A stretch of 64,000 bases of DNA, taken from positions 1 through 64,000 of the IMG/VR virus record IMGVR_UViG_3300045988_147128. One strand, 5' to 3'. Positions 51,679-62,182 of this stretch are shown here, piece by piece. Position 1 is the first letter of the stretch; every line of letters starts with the position of its first letter. Position numbers and translations under genes: made by a program. The notes under the pieces are model-generated. The model did no database searches. It saw only the letters and a program-made list of their open reading frames with translations, and was not told the DNA's origin. This DNA is from a virus.

Positions 51679-54600
51679 AAAGCTTTTGCAAAAAATCGTT
51701 CAACTTACTAAACTTATCGTTATTGTTGGGCGTAATATCCATCCCTCTCATATATGGATCCCTCATCTGATCAAGACGCTCCTGAACAGCTTCCTTCACG
51801 TATTTTACAAAGAAATACTGAGGACACTTCTGGTGAATGTTATTCCAGTAATCCGCATACTCATCATTACCTGGATCCAAAGGAACAAAATCCGAGAATA
51901 ACAATGCAGGATTTTTAGAATTTTTAGTCCTTTTGTCATAGAAATTGACCGCTACCTCTCTCGAACCCCTATCATCCATTCCTTCCAACTGAACTGATAT
52001 ATTATCAGACATGTCAATAAAATTATCAACAAGGGTTTTAACAACATTCATTTCTTCTGGCTTAAGGTAAGAACCATGTATTTTTACTATATCATAAAGA
52101 TCATTCTTGACATCAGCCTTAGAAGCCAAACGGGGAAGACCATTACGTATAAGATACTTATCATAAGAATAACCTTCCTTCTTTCCGGTATCTACAAAAT
52201 CACAGGTTCCAAAACTTGATTTGTAACCATCTACCGGATAATTACGCTCCTCAACCGAAGGATCTATACCTGCCTTAAGAAGTTCATCATTCGTAATCTC
52301 AACCCTTTCTGTAACATAAGAGTCTCTACCGGATCCTACTTGAGCAGTCAAAAATCTTCTGACAGTGCCATTATCTATCTCGGCGTCCATGTTGATGGTA
52401 TTAATAGCAGTAGGATCCAGATTGTTTACCTTTCCTGCCATGTAACCAGACAATCTTCTAAACTGAGCCTTCTGTAAAGACTTTTCCGGTGAATCAGCAT
52501 TCCAATTATATCTTTTGTAAGAATCAAGATAATGATACTGAGATAACTTATCAGAAATCTGATCGGGAGATACAGACATTTTTATCTCATCCTGCATCTG
52601 ACCTGCTATCATATCAGACACCCTACTGTTTTTCTCAGCATATCTTAGCTGGGTAATAGTTAACGGTTCACCTTCCTGATAATCTTTTAAATCTATATCA
52701 CCGTCCTTATCTATGGTCATATAATCAGATATATTAAAATCAGGATCGCCATTGAGTTTCTTCATTCCATTAATAAGAGCCAACGTACCAGTAGAAGAAC
52801 TATTGCCATCGCTTGTAATAGCATCAGATATGTTTTTCCCCAACTTACCGGCACTCGCCTTAGCTCCTAATGACGGAGATATAGCACTAAGAATGTCTAT
52901 TCCTCTTGAAGGATCCATCATATATTCTCTAAACCCTACGGCATCGGATACACCAGTTGTTATGGCTGTGGCGAGTAGGAAAGCTCCAGCCTTATCATCA
53001 GTATCAGTAAGATTCATAAAAGAATTTCCTTTCATGAACTTAGCATCACGAACTTTCCTGATAATATCCTTATTTTTTTCAGTAACTATATTATCTATTT
53101 GATAATCAGTTATATTATTTATAACCTTCAAAGCTCCATTTGCCTTAGAATCAGAAACCAATAAAGCGTCATAAGCTTCCGACAATCTGTTATTGCCTTG
53201 TCCGAAATATCCGTTTTTCTGACCTCCATTATTTTTTAAATACGAATACACTCGTTCTTCAGGAGTCATATTAGCATACAATCCTGGGTCAGTCTTTTCT
53301 TCTTCGTATGATGCTGCAACGATATTGCTTCTATCTGTAGGAGATAATGAATTATATAGTTTCAATAAATTTGCTCTACGCTCTGTGGAAGAAGATGTGA
53401 GTTGTTCATAAGGGATATTAGCCAAATTAACAGATCCTATCTTACCCGTTCCAGAATTGATAGCCGTAGGCCCGTCCATAGGAGCCATCGGCACTCCTAC
53501 ACCGCCTGCTCCTCTTGTGCCTCCGGATGAGCTTTCAGTGCCCATCTTGGAACCGTAAGTACGCATGTATTCGGTTTCAATCTTAGCCTGAGCAAGCTGC
53601 TCATTCGCCAATGATATTTCAACCATAGACTTGGCATTGTCAGTCAAAAACTTTTGCTGAGCCCTATCCTCTGCCAATCTTGCAAAATAAAGATCATCTT
53701 TCTTCCTTTCAAAACTTGTATTGTCGTATCTCCATGCATCAGTCATCTTATCGAAAAGATTATTGGTAACAACAAAATTAGCAGCCGCTACCGGATCTGA
53801 TGAAGCTATTATCATATCTGCCTCCCTCTTGGCTTCTGCTTTCTGATTTTTAGCTTCCTGTATCTGACTATCGATACGATCAATAATATCCTTATTATCC
53901 CCTACTGATTTCTTTTTTGCTTCCAATGCTCCTATATGCCTATCGTATCTTTCGACATAAGATCCAATGTATTGGCTAACCAAATCCGGATTACTGAATA
54001 CTGGATTGGTAGCTGCCATGTATGATGCTTCTATTCTCATCTGATTCCTCATGTTTTCAGATAAGTTAGCAGACACGAAATTCCTTATCTGGGAATCAGT
54101 AAGTTCATCTACGTTGACTTCTATAATTCCACCAGTAGGTTTACCCTCTACATCATATTCTGTAGTCTGAATCTTCCTTCCTTTATTGTTTTCCCTAAAA
54201 TCACTAACCAATTTATTTATTTCCTTAGTATAATCAATATAAGGAGAATAATGAAGACCTCCAAGCCTCGATCCGGCTTTACCATCTGATCGCCATTTAT
54301 AATAAGGATCCAAAGCATGCCATTCATTAATAGGAGAATAAAGTTCAGGATGATTCTGTTTTATAGATTCTATTTCCTTCATAACCCTCTTACCTTCTTT
54401 GGTGCCGGCAATCGCGTTAATGACCGTATCATCCAACACCGAACTTATTTCTCCTTGTATGGCTCTCGTAACACCATCAGAAGAAAGATCCACGCCTTTG
54501 AATTTTTGATTGATGTTAGCAATCACACCTGACATCTTATCTTCCATATAAGCACGGGCTTCAGGCTTATCTATCTCTTGACCCATAAGATAATCTACCT

Positions 54601-54730
54601 GGGTATAGATCTTTTCACGAGCAGCATCAACCTTCTGCTGTTTGTACATCATAACGTCCTTAACAAGATCTATGTTGTAAGGACTAACATACGGGGCATA
54701 TTGCCTTAAAATACTATACTGTGAAGCCAC
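51665..54730 (-). CDS. large (1021 aa) hypothetical virion protein
   Basis: long ORF; translationally coupled to neighbours. Confidence 0.75.
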   Translation of the reverse strand: MASQYSILRQYAPYVSPYNIDLVKDVMMYKQQKVDAAREKIYTQVDYLMGQEIDKPEARAYMEDKMSGVIANINQKFKGVDLSSDGVTRAIQGEISSVLDDTVINAIAGTKEGKRVMKEIESIKQNHPELYSPINEWHALDPYYKWRSDGKAGSRLGGLHYSPYIDYTKEINKLVSDFRENNKGRKIQTTEYDVEGKPTGGIIEVNVDELTDSQIRNFVSANLSENMRNQMRIEASYMAATNPVFSNPDLVSQYIGSYVERYDRHIGALEAKKKSVGDNKDIIDRIDSQIQEAKNQKAEAKREADMIIASSDPVAAANFVVTNNLFDKMTDAWRYDNTSFERKKDDLYFARLAEDRAQQKFLTDNAKSMVEISLANEQLAQAKIETEYMRTYGSKMGTESSSGGTRGAGGVGVPMAPMDGPTAINSGTGKIGSVNLANIPYEQLTSSSTERRANLLKLYNSLSPTDRSNIVAASYEEEKTDPGLYANMTPEERVYSYLKNNGGQKNGYFGQGNNRLSEAYDALLVSDSKANGALKVINNITDYQIDNIVTEKNKDIIRKVRDAKFMKGNSFMNLTDTDDKAGAFLLATAITTGVSDAVGFREYMMDPSRGIDILSAISPSLGAKASAGKLGKNISDAITSDGNSSSTGTLALINGMKKLNGDPDFNISDYMTIDKDGDIDLKDYQEGEPLTITQLRYAEKNSRVSDMIAGQMQDEIKMSVSPDQISDKLSQYHYLDSYKRYNWNADSPEKSLQKAQFRRLSGYMAGKVNNLDPTAINTINMDAEIDNGTVRRFLTAQVGSGRDSYVTERVEITNDELLKAGIDPSVEERNYPVDGYKSSFGTCDFVDTGKKEGYSYDKYLIRNGLPRLASKADVKNDLYDIVKIHGSYLKPEEMNVVKTLVDNFIDMSDNISVQLEGMDDRGSREVAVNFYDKRTKNSKNPALLFSDFVPLDPGNDEYADYWNNIHQKCPQYFFVKYVKEAVQERLDQMRDPYMRGMDITPNNNDKFSKLNDFLQKLYGNR

Positions 54731-57585
54731 TATTTGGTCCTCCTTCTTCTTTTAGTTTCATCATCTTCTTCATTTAAACTTCTCAAGTAAGGTGTGGAAT
54801 AATCACCCATATTCATCACATCCTGATCACCTTGAACGTAAATAATTTGACCACTTGGAAGCATTCTCATATTCGGAGCTATGGAAGCTATGGTGTTCAA
54901 TGAAGTTCTAACATTAAACTTATTCTGTATCTCGCTGTTTATACTGTCATAATAACGAGCAAGATTTTCATCCCTTATAGCCATAGCCTTCAATAATCCG
55001 GATTCATAACGTTGCCTTTCCGCTATGTTCTTATCATCTGTTTGAACATAAGCCATTTCATTAAACCTATCAGCTTCGTTTATTTGCCTTGCGTTATTGA
55101 AATTTACTTCATTAACATACTTGGCTATATTGCTTCCAGCTATGGCGTTCATATTAGCCAGAATAGCAGCCCGCTGGGAGTCGGGCACGTCACCTACTGC
55201 GTCTAACTGAGCCGATGTCGCACGGTTGAGCTCGTTGATATACTGATCAGCAGATTGAAGAACCGGGTCTATTCTCGGAGCCTGATGTCTTTCCAGGCCT
55301 TCTATCTCCAAGCCAGTGTCAAGGGTTCTTAGCATTTCCGGGAAGATAGGACCGAACGCCGCCGGTCTGCCCTGTCCTTTAGGTCCGTTGTCTTCAACCA
55401 CCTCCTCTGTATCGGTGTCGGTTGCAGTCGCAGGCGTACTTGCTTTCGGTTTTACCTCTATCCTTCCAGGAGATCCAATCTTAGGCGGTGTAAGGTCTGG
55501 TGCTATGGGACCGGCCTCAATAGGCTTCATTTCTGGTTTAACAGACTCAAGAACGAAGTCTATTTCCGGCATTAACCCACTATCTCTTAAAGCAACAAAC
55601 TTATTATAATCGGAGCCCAGAATCTTCTTAGCGGCATCAGATTTATCACCAAATAAGTCAACATAATTCTTTATCCCTTTTTCGTTTAACAATCTTTTTT
55701 GCTCTGCCGAAACAACGTCCAATCCATAATAAGAACGGGTGGCTGTTGTCTGACCAAACTTATCATCTACGGCAAATGAATTATAAGCCTGATTACCTCC
55801 GTAGCTTCCGGCATCCTGGCCCCAGAATCCGTACTCATCTCTGAATTTCTTGGCTGCATCAGCATTCGTGATAGCACCTACATCAGCTAACGCCCACAAT
55901 GCATTTAATTGCCTGTTGTATCCTTTCTGGAAACCTTCTGTATCAAAATCACCATCCGTATTGTTCTTGTTAGCCCATCGGTTTATGTCGAGCAAATTAG
56001 ATACCGCCTTATCATTTACCCTGCCGTATCCTAAATTGCTTCTATGTTGGAGATTCTGGTTGGCATTGACACTGGAATCAGGATTAAGAATCTGCTCTCT
56101 GTCCGCAACATCTACTATAGACATATTAAGAGTACGTCCAAATAACTGATTGATAAGCTTATTGTAGCCGATAGCATTCTTTCTAAGTTCCTCCAGCTCC
56201 TTCTGAGTAGGTCCACCTTCAGCCATTTTCCTGGTTTGCTTAACATACTCGTCATATATCCAGTTCTTAGCATCTGATTCTGCAATATTAAAAGCCTTAG
56301 CTTGTTTCTTTACCTGATTCAGATCAACAACCCCGCCATCCCTGAAAAAAGCATCCATCTTCTCGTTACGCTTAGATTCTTCCTGTTTGCCATAAACGAT
56401 TTCAGCGAAAGAACGAAATTGTGCTTCAAGCTCGTCTATCTCTTTCTGGTTTTCATTGACGTACTTGGAAAGAATAGAAGCATTAAGATTAGATGTGTTT
56501 TTGTCTTTTACATCTTCATTTTTCTCTAATCTCTTATATACACGCTCCTGATCTTCGTACTTATCAGACAAACCAATCTTCTTCTTATATCGATCAAGGA
56601 GTGTAGCATACGTATCTTTTGACGTTGCCTTAATACCATAATTTTCTCTAACGTAAGAGGCAAACTCATCATCTATCTTACGATAATCGGAAACAATATA
56701 AGCCTCTGGCAAATCAACCGGAGTGCCACCATTTTCATGTCTGTTCCCTTTGGCTTCCATAGGCCCTACGGAGTCAGGAGTCAGCACGTACTCGCCTTTC
56801 TCTATCTCTACATTCGCAGCATCTTCCATAGACTTGGGAAGAGGATAAATATATTCGCCGGTCATATCAGACGTATCCATCTTCTGACCGTTACCTAAAT
56901 TCACGCCACCACCTTCACGTTCCCACTTGATGAATTGCTGACGACGCTCCTTGGCAAGTTTTTCCCTCGCTGCCTGCTCGTCTCTGCTGGCTGCATACGC
57001 AGCAGATGAAGCTCCCATGATATTACGGGTAAGACCTAATCCTAAACTAACACCAGACAAGGCAGCTTGAGCCACATTAGCACCGACCTTATTACCGGCT
57101 CTTATCCGGCCAAGACTTGTACCGAACATTTGAGCTCTGCCGGTTAGATCGGGTGAATAATATGGGGTAGTCATAGGATCAAGAGGATTACCATCTTGGG
57201 AACGTTTTTCTTTAGAGGAATCAGCATCAACACCACCTACATTCATTGTATTATCAACGACTGATTTCTCTACGTTTTTAACCATACCCCTATTATCAGC
57301 GAGATATCCTGCATATCCTGCATCATTGTTTTCAAAAAACGGATCGGATGTAGGCATACTACTAAATGGATTTATCTCCCCCTCCTCTGTTTCTAAAATC
57401 ACATCAGAAGGCATATATATATTCTGAATATCAGATTCACCCCATTTATTAACAGGCGTTCCATAATCAAGAATAGACTGAGTAGAGGATACATTAATAT
57501 CCTGTTTCTTATCCTGAACACTACCGCCAGGAGCGAATATCGGACGATTTTTTATGATTCGTAATTTCATACTATCTTTTTTCAC
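54730..57585 (-). CDS. large (951 aa) hypothetical virion/internal protein
   Basis: long ORF. Confidence 0.75.
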   Translation of the reverse strand: MKKDSMKLRIIKNRPIFAPGGSVQDKKQDINVSSTQSILDYGTPVNKWGESDIQNIYMPSDVILETEEGEINPFSSMPTSDPFFENNDAGYAGYLADNRGMVKNVEKSVVDNTMNVGGVDADSSKEKRSQDGNPLDPMTTPYYSPDLTGRAQMFGTSLGRIRAGNKVGANVAQAALSGVSLGLGLTRNIMGASSAAYAASRDEQAAREKLAKERRQQFIKWEREGGGVNLGNGQKMDTSDMTGEYIYPLPKSMEDAANVEIEKGEYVLTPDSVGPMEAKGNRHENGGTPVDLPEAYIVSDYRKIDDEFASYVRENYGIKATSKDTYATLLDRYKKKIGLSDKYEDQERVYKRLEKNEDVKDKNTSNLNASILSKYVNENQKEIDELEAQFRSFAEIVYGKQEESKRNEKMDAFFRDGGVVDLNQVKKQAKAFNIAESDAKNWIYDEYVKQTRKMAEGGPTQKELEELRKNAIGYNKLINQLFGRTLNMSIVDVADREQILNPDSSVNANQNLQHRSNLGYGRVNDKAVSNLLDINRWANKNNTDGDFDTEGFQKGYNRQLNALWALADVGAITNADAAKKFRDEYGFWGQDAGSYGGNQAYNSFAVDDKFGQTTATRSYYGLDVVSAEQKRLLNEKGIKNYVDLFGDKSDAAKKILGSDYNKFVALRDSGLMPEIDFVLESVKPEMKPIEAGPIAPDLTPPKIGSPGRIEVKPKASTPATATDTDTEEVVEDNGPKGQGRPAAFGPIFPEMLRTLDTGLEIEGLERHQAPRIDPVLQSADQYINELNRATSAQLDAVGDVPDSQRAAILANMNAIAGSNIAKYVNEVNFNNARQINEADRFNEMAYVQTDDKNIAERQRYESGLLKAMAIRDENLARYYDSINSEIQNKFNVRTSLNTIASIAPNMRMLPSGQIIYVQGDQDVMNMGDYSTPYLRSLNEEDDETKRRRRTK

Positions 57586-57638
57586 AAAGATAAGAGAAAC
57601 GAACGAGAAAATCCAACGTTATGGGATACGTTTAAAAA

Positions 57639-58754
57639 TCAATCATGTACGGCAGACAAACCGCCCGAATCAGGGTCGTACTTAAGACCGCATGCCCGGC
57701 GATAGTTCTTAAGCGCTCTCTTGTACAAAAACAGCACTGTCTTGGAAACTATTTTCTTCATAGATTTGGTTAAAACCTCTTCTGTTGAAACAGACATCAG
57801 ACAGCTATTCAAAAACGACCTGACATTGGAACCGAACAAGATCTTCACCATTTTTCTAAACGTTCTAAAAAGATATGATGCAGAAAGAGACTTTAACCCA
57901 TTGCGAACCAGTCTCTTATTCAAATACGAAACAGCCTTTTCAGATAGACAGAGCCTATTCTTTCCTTCGCTATCTACCTCTGATGAAAACCACGAATATA
58001 AAGTGGTAGGATGTTTCTTAAGGTGATTAATGAAGGAAGTCATTATCCCTTCTTTTAAAGCCCTTTTGTGGGCTACGCATGCAGCAATCTTCTCTTCTCT
58101 TTTTAAAGAGCTGTCAAGGCATCTAAACACCGTCCTATCGTCTCCGATGAAATACTGAGGACGTTCTTCCTTGAACTTAGCCCGATAAGCGGCATATCCT
58201 TCCTTACGAAGCATATCTATCTGAGACCGGATATAGAACCTTACACACTTTTCTTCAGCCTCTTGCACGCTTTTAAGATAAGGAACTGACTTTCTTCCAT
58301 ATCGAAGATAGTCATAAACCATAGCCTCTATGAAGTCATTGTATGGGAAGAATCTTCCAAAACCAAAGTTCCAAACTATGAAACATCGCACTCTATCTTT
58401 CCAATAATCAGATATGAGAAAATTGCTACAATATCTCAACTTCCTGTCTTTCTGATAAAAATGATGAGTATTCTTATCGTAAAACAGGTTAAAATATCTC
58501 AAATTTCCTAAACATTGACCAGCTGGGCGGCGTACCACATTGTACCCTAAATTACTGAAGCTATTGTAGATAACTTCTATCGGAGAGACTTGCTCTTTCT
58601 TAAAGAGTTCGTCGTGTAACTTGTGAGGATCTATTATTTCGATTAACTTTGTCTCCATAATTATGTTATTTAGTGCAAAGATATGATTTTTCATCATATG
58701 TTCAAATAAGAAAATGCACGGCCTTGTATCCAGTTTGAGAGAAATAGGATACAA
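57639..58754 (-). CDS. very basic 371-aa protein of unknown function
   Basis: long ORF; immediately downstream (minus sense) of the three conserved-loop hairpins. Confidence 0.65.
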   Translation of the reverse strand: MYPISLKLDTRPCIFLFEHMMKNHIFALNNIIMETKLIEIIDPHKLHDELFKKEQVSPIEVIYNSFSNLGYNVVRRPAGQCLGNLRYFNLFYDKNTHHFYQKDRKLRYCSNFLISDYWKDRVRCFIVWNFGFGRFFPYNDFIEAMVYDYLRYGRKSVPYLKSVQEAEEKCVRFYIRSQIDMLRKEGYAAYRAKFKEERPQYFIGDDRTVFRCLDSSLKREEKIAACVAHKRALKEGIMTSFINHLKKHPTTLYSWFSSEVDSEGKNRLCLSEKAVSYLNKRLVRNGLKSLSASYLFRTFRKMVKILFGSNVRSFLNSCLMSVSTEEVLTKSMKKIVSKTVLFLYKRALKNYRRACGLKYDPDSGGLSAVHD

Positions 58755-58979
58755 GGTTTTTTATTTTATGACGGTTTAGATAAGAGACAAAAGAACGGCT
58801 CGAAACGTAACCGACTGATCGTCAGTGGTGGGACAACAAATCTTGAATTAAAACTACGCCTATAAATAGTCTCCGTTTTCCTTAATATTAAGACCATTTT
58901 CAATGATCTTACTCATTATATTATTTATATTATTTTATATACTTTACCATTTATTCATATAATTGTTTGCAGTGAATGA

Positions 58980-59154
58980 ACTTAACGACCGAAGGGAGTT
59001 AAGTGAGTGAACGGATTGACAAATTACTTTTTCCGTCTATTGTATTGTTTGCCTAATTGTGTGAAAAGATTGAGTATCGTGACCGAAGGGAACGATGCGA
59101 AAGAACTTATAATATTTAAAAACGACTGAACCTATCGACTGAAGGGAGATAGGT
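58980..59154. repeat. three stem-loops with identical 11-nt loop GACYGAAGGGA and covarying 7-bp stems (58980-59004, 59074-59098, 59130-59154)
   Basis: stems ACTTAAC/GTTAAGT, GTATCGT/ACGATGC, ACCTATC/GATAGGT; loops GACCGAAGGGA, GACCGAAGGGA, GACTGAAGGGA. Confidence 0.75.
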
Positions 59155-59411
59155 GATGGAGTGACGTTAATAGTTATATTAGGTAGCCAGTGGAGAATTA
59201 GGCAGGGAGTAGGCGAGACGAGCGCCCATGCCCGTCAGGACAGTGAAAGTACGTAGGTCTGTTCCGTCCAACCAAGGCGATGATAGTTCCATCCTTCACG
59301 AAATCGCACAAAAAAGCCGGATTATCTTGATATCGTTCTTCAACCTTCGGTATCCGTATAACGAGTCTCAAATCCGGCTTCGCTTTATTAACGAGAAATA
59401 AAATAATTGTT

Positions 59412-61667
59412 CTAATTATCAGTGACGCCTTTAATGCGAAGCTGAATATTGGGAAGCACGGCATTAATCAAAGCCATTTTCTTATCCTCTTCGCTTTCTT
59501 TTTCATGCTGTCTATACATCATGCTGTAATCACTGTCATCACCATCCTTTTTCCCGTCTAACGTCAGTAAATGATTTACGATGTCTTTACCATACGTTTC
59601 AGTCCATGTACGGAATCTCTCTTCCTCGGACTGTCTCTCCTGGGACTGGGCTTCCGGGTTAGGGAGGGCGGCTGCCACTTCTACCTCTGGAATCGTTACC
59701 GATGCTGCTATTTCTCCATCATCTCCGAATCCCATTTGACCATACAAAGATACGGAATTTTCTTCAATTTCCAAACCAAGATTTTTAGCAACTTCCATAG
59801 CATAGTCATAACGGTCATCATTTCTTATAACACTCTTATGAGGACGTCCTGCTCCTTGGTTCCAAGCTACTACAGCATCCTTAAGGTTATCGGCGTTCAT
59901 AAAATCCTGCCGGCTGTAGTTGTAATACCCTGGTCCTTCTTTTCCTTTTCTTGTGTACAAGAAATTAGAATATCCGGTTTTCCCTTCGTATTCGTCAGCC
60001 AAGAACTCAAGTTGGTCTTTGAATGTGGGTGTAGAATGTCCTTTCTTTTTGGCGTGCTTGAATAGCTTATCCATGCGTTCGTTGTGCCATTGCTGTATGC
60101 CGTATGATGTTCTGTTGTCTCCGTATATGTCATCTTTAAGACCGGATTCAGCCATGAGGTTACCTATGATGGCGAGCGCCTGTATTTTAGACATGCCTCT
60201 TTTATCAGTAAAGTATTCATATGCTTCACGTTGTTTGCCAACTACGCCACCTTCTTCGTATTTCCTTACAAACCTTTTAGGTAAAGCCTTGTCATTATTT
60301 CGAAGCACACTACCTTTCTTAGGATCGTATTTGATACGTTCCCTTATTCTAAGAGGGACATCCCTTTCTGGTATGATGTCTTCTGCTATCTTCTTTCGGC
60401 TAAAATCATAATCATCCTTCACATCCAACATACCGGCATCCGGATCCCATCTTACACTGAAATTCTTCAACGCACCTAATCCTGAAGCTTCGTTTACTTT
60501 TTCAAAATTGTCACCATATACTTCTTCTCTGAACGGACTTACACCTTCATTTACTAAAATCCATTTTCCTGGATTTTTAAATATATTTTTATTTAGTTTA
60601 TTAAGGACCTTCTTATAATCTCTTATTTTTCGTTTACTTTTTTCATCAGCATCCTTATATGCTTTGTCAAGCATGTTGTTCATATACTCTTTATCTAATA
60701 AAGATTGTATCAAAATAGCTTGTTCTTGAGGCAATCCTACATACTGAGCATCATCATCATCGTCATCAAAACGATACTTGCTTGCCGGTAATCTACTTAT
60801 ATCTCCATCCGTGTAAGCCTTCCACATTTTCTCTTCAAAATCTGTGGCTGTATCTTCCCCTGATCTCTCCCTGTTAGGATCCAACATTCGTTTCACAGTA
60901 GGAATAAAATCGGCCATTAAACTAATAGGATCAGTGTCTAATATTGGATTAACGGATCCATACCACTTATTAGGATCAGCGTTATTAGCTATACCTACTG
61001 ATTTTACATCAGAATCAGATACCCTAACTTTCTTTCCATCATATCCTCTCCCTACATGCCCTGTATCGCCGTATTTGGCAGCCACATGACGAGCGTCTTC
61101 GTATCCTGGATCATCAGTACCTTCTTCTACAGATTTGCTTTCTACGGGCTTGTTTTCAACCAGAATATAGTTACTGTCGTCATCCACCGTCCAAGGCTGG
61201 TCTGTCGGTGTAGAGAACACCAGGCGCTCGAAGGCACGGCGCTTCTTCTGACCGCCCATCCCCTCGTCATTTTCATCGTGATTTATTTCTTTCACAGCCT
61301 TATCGTAGTCGCCTTCTTTAAGGTATTTAAAAAGCATCGGGCTTTTAGAATACTCCGGTCCTCCTGTATTGTAAAATAGACTAAACAAAGCATCTCGCTG
61401 ATTATTGTTTAGATTTTTAAAATTAGGAGTTCTTCGTATAAATTCTGGAACGAACGTATTAACAACTCCCTCAAATTCTTTATCAGCTTCTTCCTCTGTT
61501 ATACCATTCTTGTATTTTTTAAGAATATGAGGAAGATGAAACCCGTATCCGATTGTTATATTCCCTTTCTTGTCATCATATAATTCAGGTTCGAATTTCT
61601 CCCACGACTTCAAATATTTAAGAATATTTTCTGAAGGCATCCAATCCGACTTATTCTTCTTTTCCAT
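59412..61667 (-). CDS. virion-associated peptidoglycan hydrolase: N-terminal GH24 (T4-lysozyme-like) domain plus C-terminal second lytic-like domain
   Basis: WEKFEPELYDDKKGNITIGYGF matches GH24 catalytic region; AESG...YGIQQW block later; start at internal ATG. Confidence 0.75.
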   Translation of the reverse strand: MEKKNKSDWMPSENILKYLKSWEKFEPELYDDKKGNITIGYGFHLPHILKKYKNGITEEEADKEFEGVVNTFVPEFIRRTPNFKNLNNNQRDALFSLFYNTGGPEYSKSPMLFKYLKEGDYDKAVKEINHDENDEGMGGQKKRRAFERLVFSTPTDQPWTVDDDSNYILVENKPVESKSVEEGTDDPGYEDARHVAAKYGDTGHVGRGYDGKKVRVSDSDVKSVGIANNADPNKWYGSVNPILDTDPISLMADFIPTVKRMLDPNRERSGEDTATDFEEKMWKAYTDGDISRLPASKYRFDDDDDDAQYVGLPQEQAILIQSLLDKEYMNNMLDKAYKDADEKSKRKIRDYKKVLNKLNKNIFKNPGKWILVNEGVSPFREEVYGDNFEKVNEASGLGALKNFSVRWDPDAGMLDVKDDYDFSRKKIAEDIIPERDVPLRIRERIKYDPKKGSVLRNNDKALPKRFVRKYEEGGVVGKQREAYEYFTDKRGMSKIQALAIIGNLMAESGLKDDIYGDNRTSYGIQQWHNERMDKLFKHAKKKGHSTPTFKDQLEFLADEYEGKTGYSNFLYTRKGKEGPGYYNYSRQDFMNADNLKDAVVAWNQGAGRPHKSVIRNDDRYDYAMEVAKNLGLEIEENSVSLYGQMGFGDDGEIAASVTIPEVEVAAALPNPEAQSQERQSEEERFRTWTETYGKDIVNHLLTLDGKKDGDDSDYSMMYRQHEKESEEDKKMALINAVLPNIQLRIKGVTDN

Positions 61668-62136
61668 CTTTCTCTTCCTCCTTCTTGAATTTATGGTAAG
61701 CATCACAAACTCTGTCAACCAACCATCCCATCAGGTAGGCGGCATGCTCATCTTCTCCGGCTTCAAAACTGTAGTTAATATTAAGATACTTACAGTACAA
61801 AGAAAGACCGTGCAGACATTCGTGCCCTATGGTTTTAACATCCATGTCAGATAACGAATGGAATAAGAAACATATTTCTTTTTTATGATTGGTTCTGTTT
61901 CCTACAAAAATAGTTCTACCACCATAATCATCAGTCCACCCCTCCCAGCTCTGATCTTCTACTTCCAGGTTGGCAAACGTCTTAACTATGTATTCCTCAT
62001 CTGCTCCAAGCAATACCCTTATGTTGTATGGGTATATATCATTTTTATACGATACCTGTCTCATAATAATCTGTTTTCCAACAAAGATAAACAAAAAGCC
62101 GAAGATATGCTCACGCACTTCCTCGGCTATACCCAT
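61651..62136 (-). CDS. small HExxH zinc metallopeptidase-like protein
   Basis: IGHECLHG (HExxH) + downstream EDEH. Confidence 0.5.
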   Translation of the reverse strand: MGIAEEVREHIFGFLFIFVGKQIIMRQVSYKNDIYPYNIRVLLGADEEYIVKTFANLEVEDQSWEGWTDDYGGRTIFVGNRTNHKKEICFLFHSLSDMDVKTIGHECLHGLSLYCKYLNINYSFEAGEDEHAAYLMGWLVDRVCDAYHKFKKEEEKDGKEE

Positions 62137-62182
62137 TAAAACTTTTTATTATGAAAAGCTACAATTAAAATAGAAATAATAA

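Noticed and set aside
30910-56529. Many 60-140 aa ORFs antisense to or nested within the giant minus-strand genes (e.g. 31159-31428, 45857-46276, 55316-55609)
   Set aside because: They lie entirely inside long, clearly coding opposite-strand ORFs and have low-complexity translations; treated as spurious.
59198-59464. 88-aa minus-strand ORF
   Set aside because: Overlaps the 3' end of the hydrolase gene in another frame and the structured GC-rich spacer; no support.
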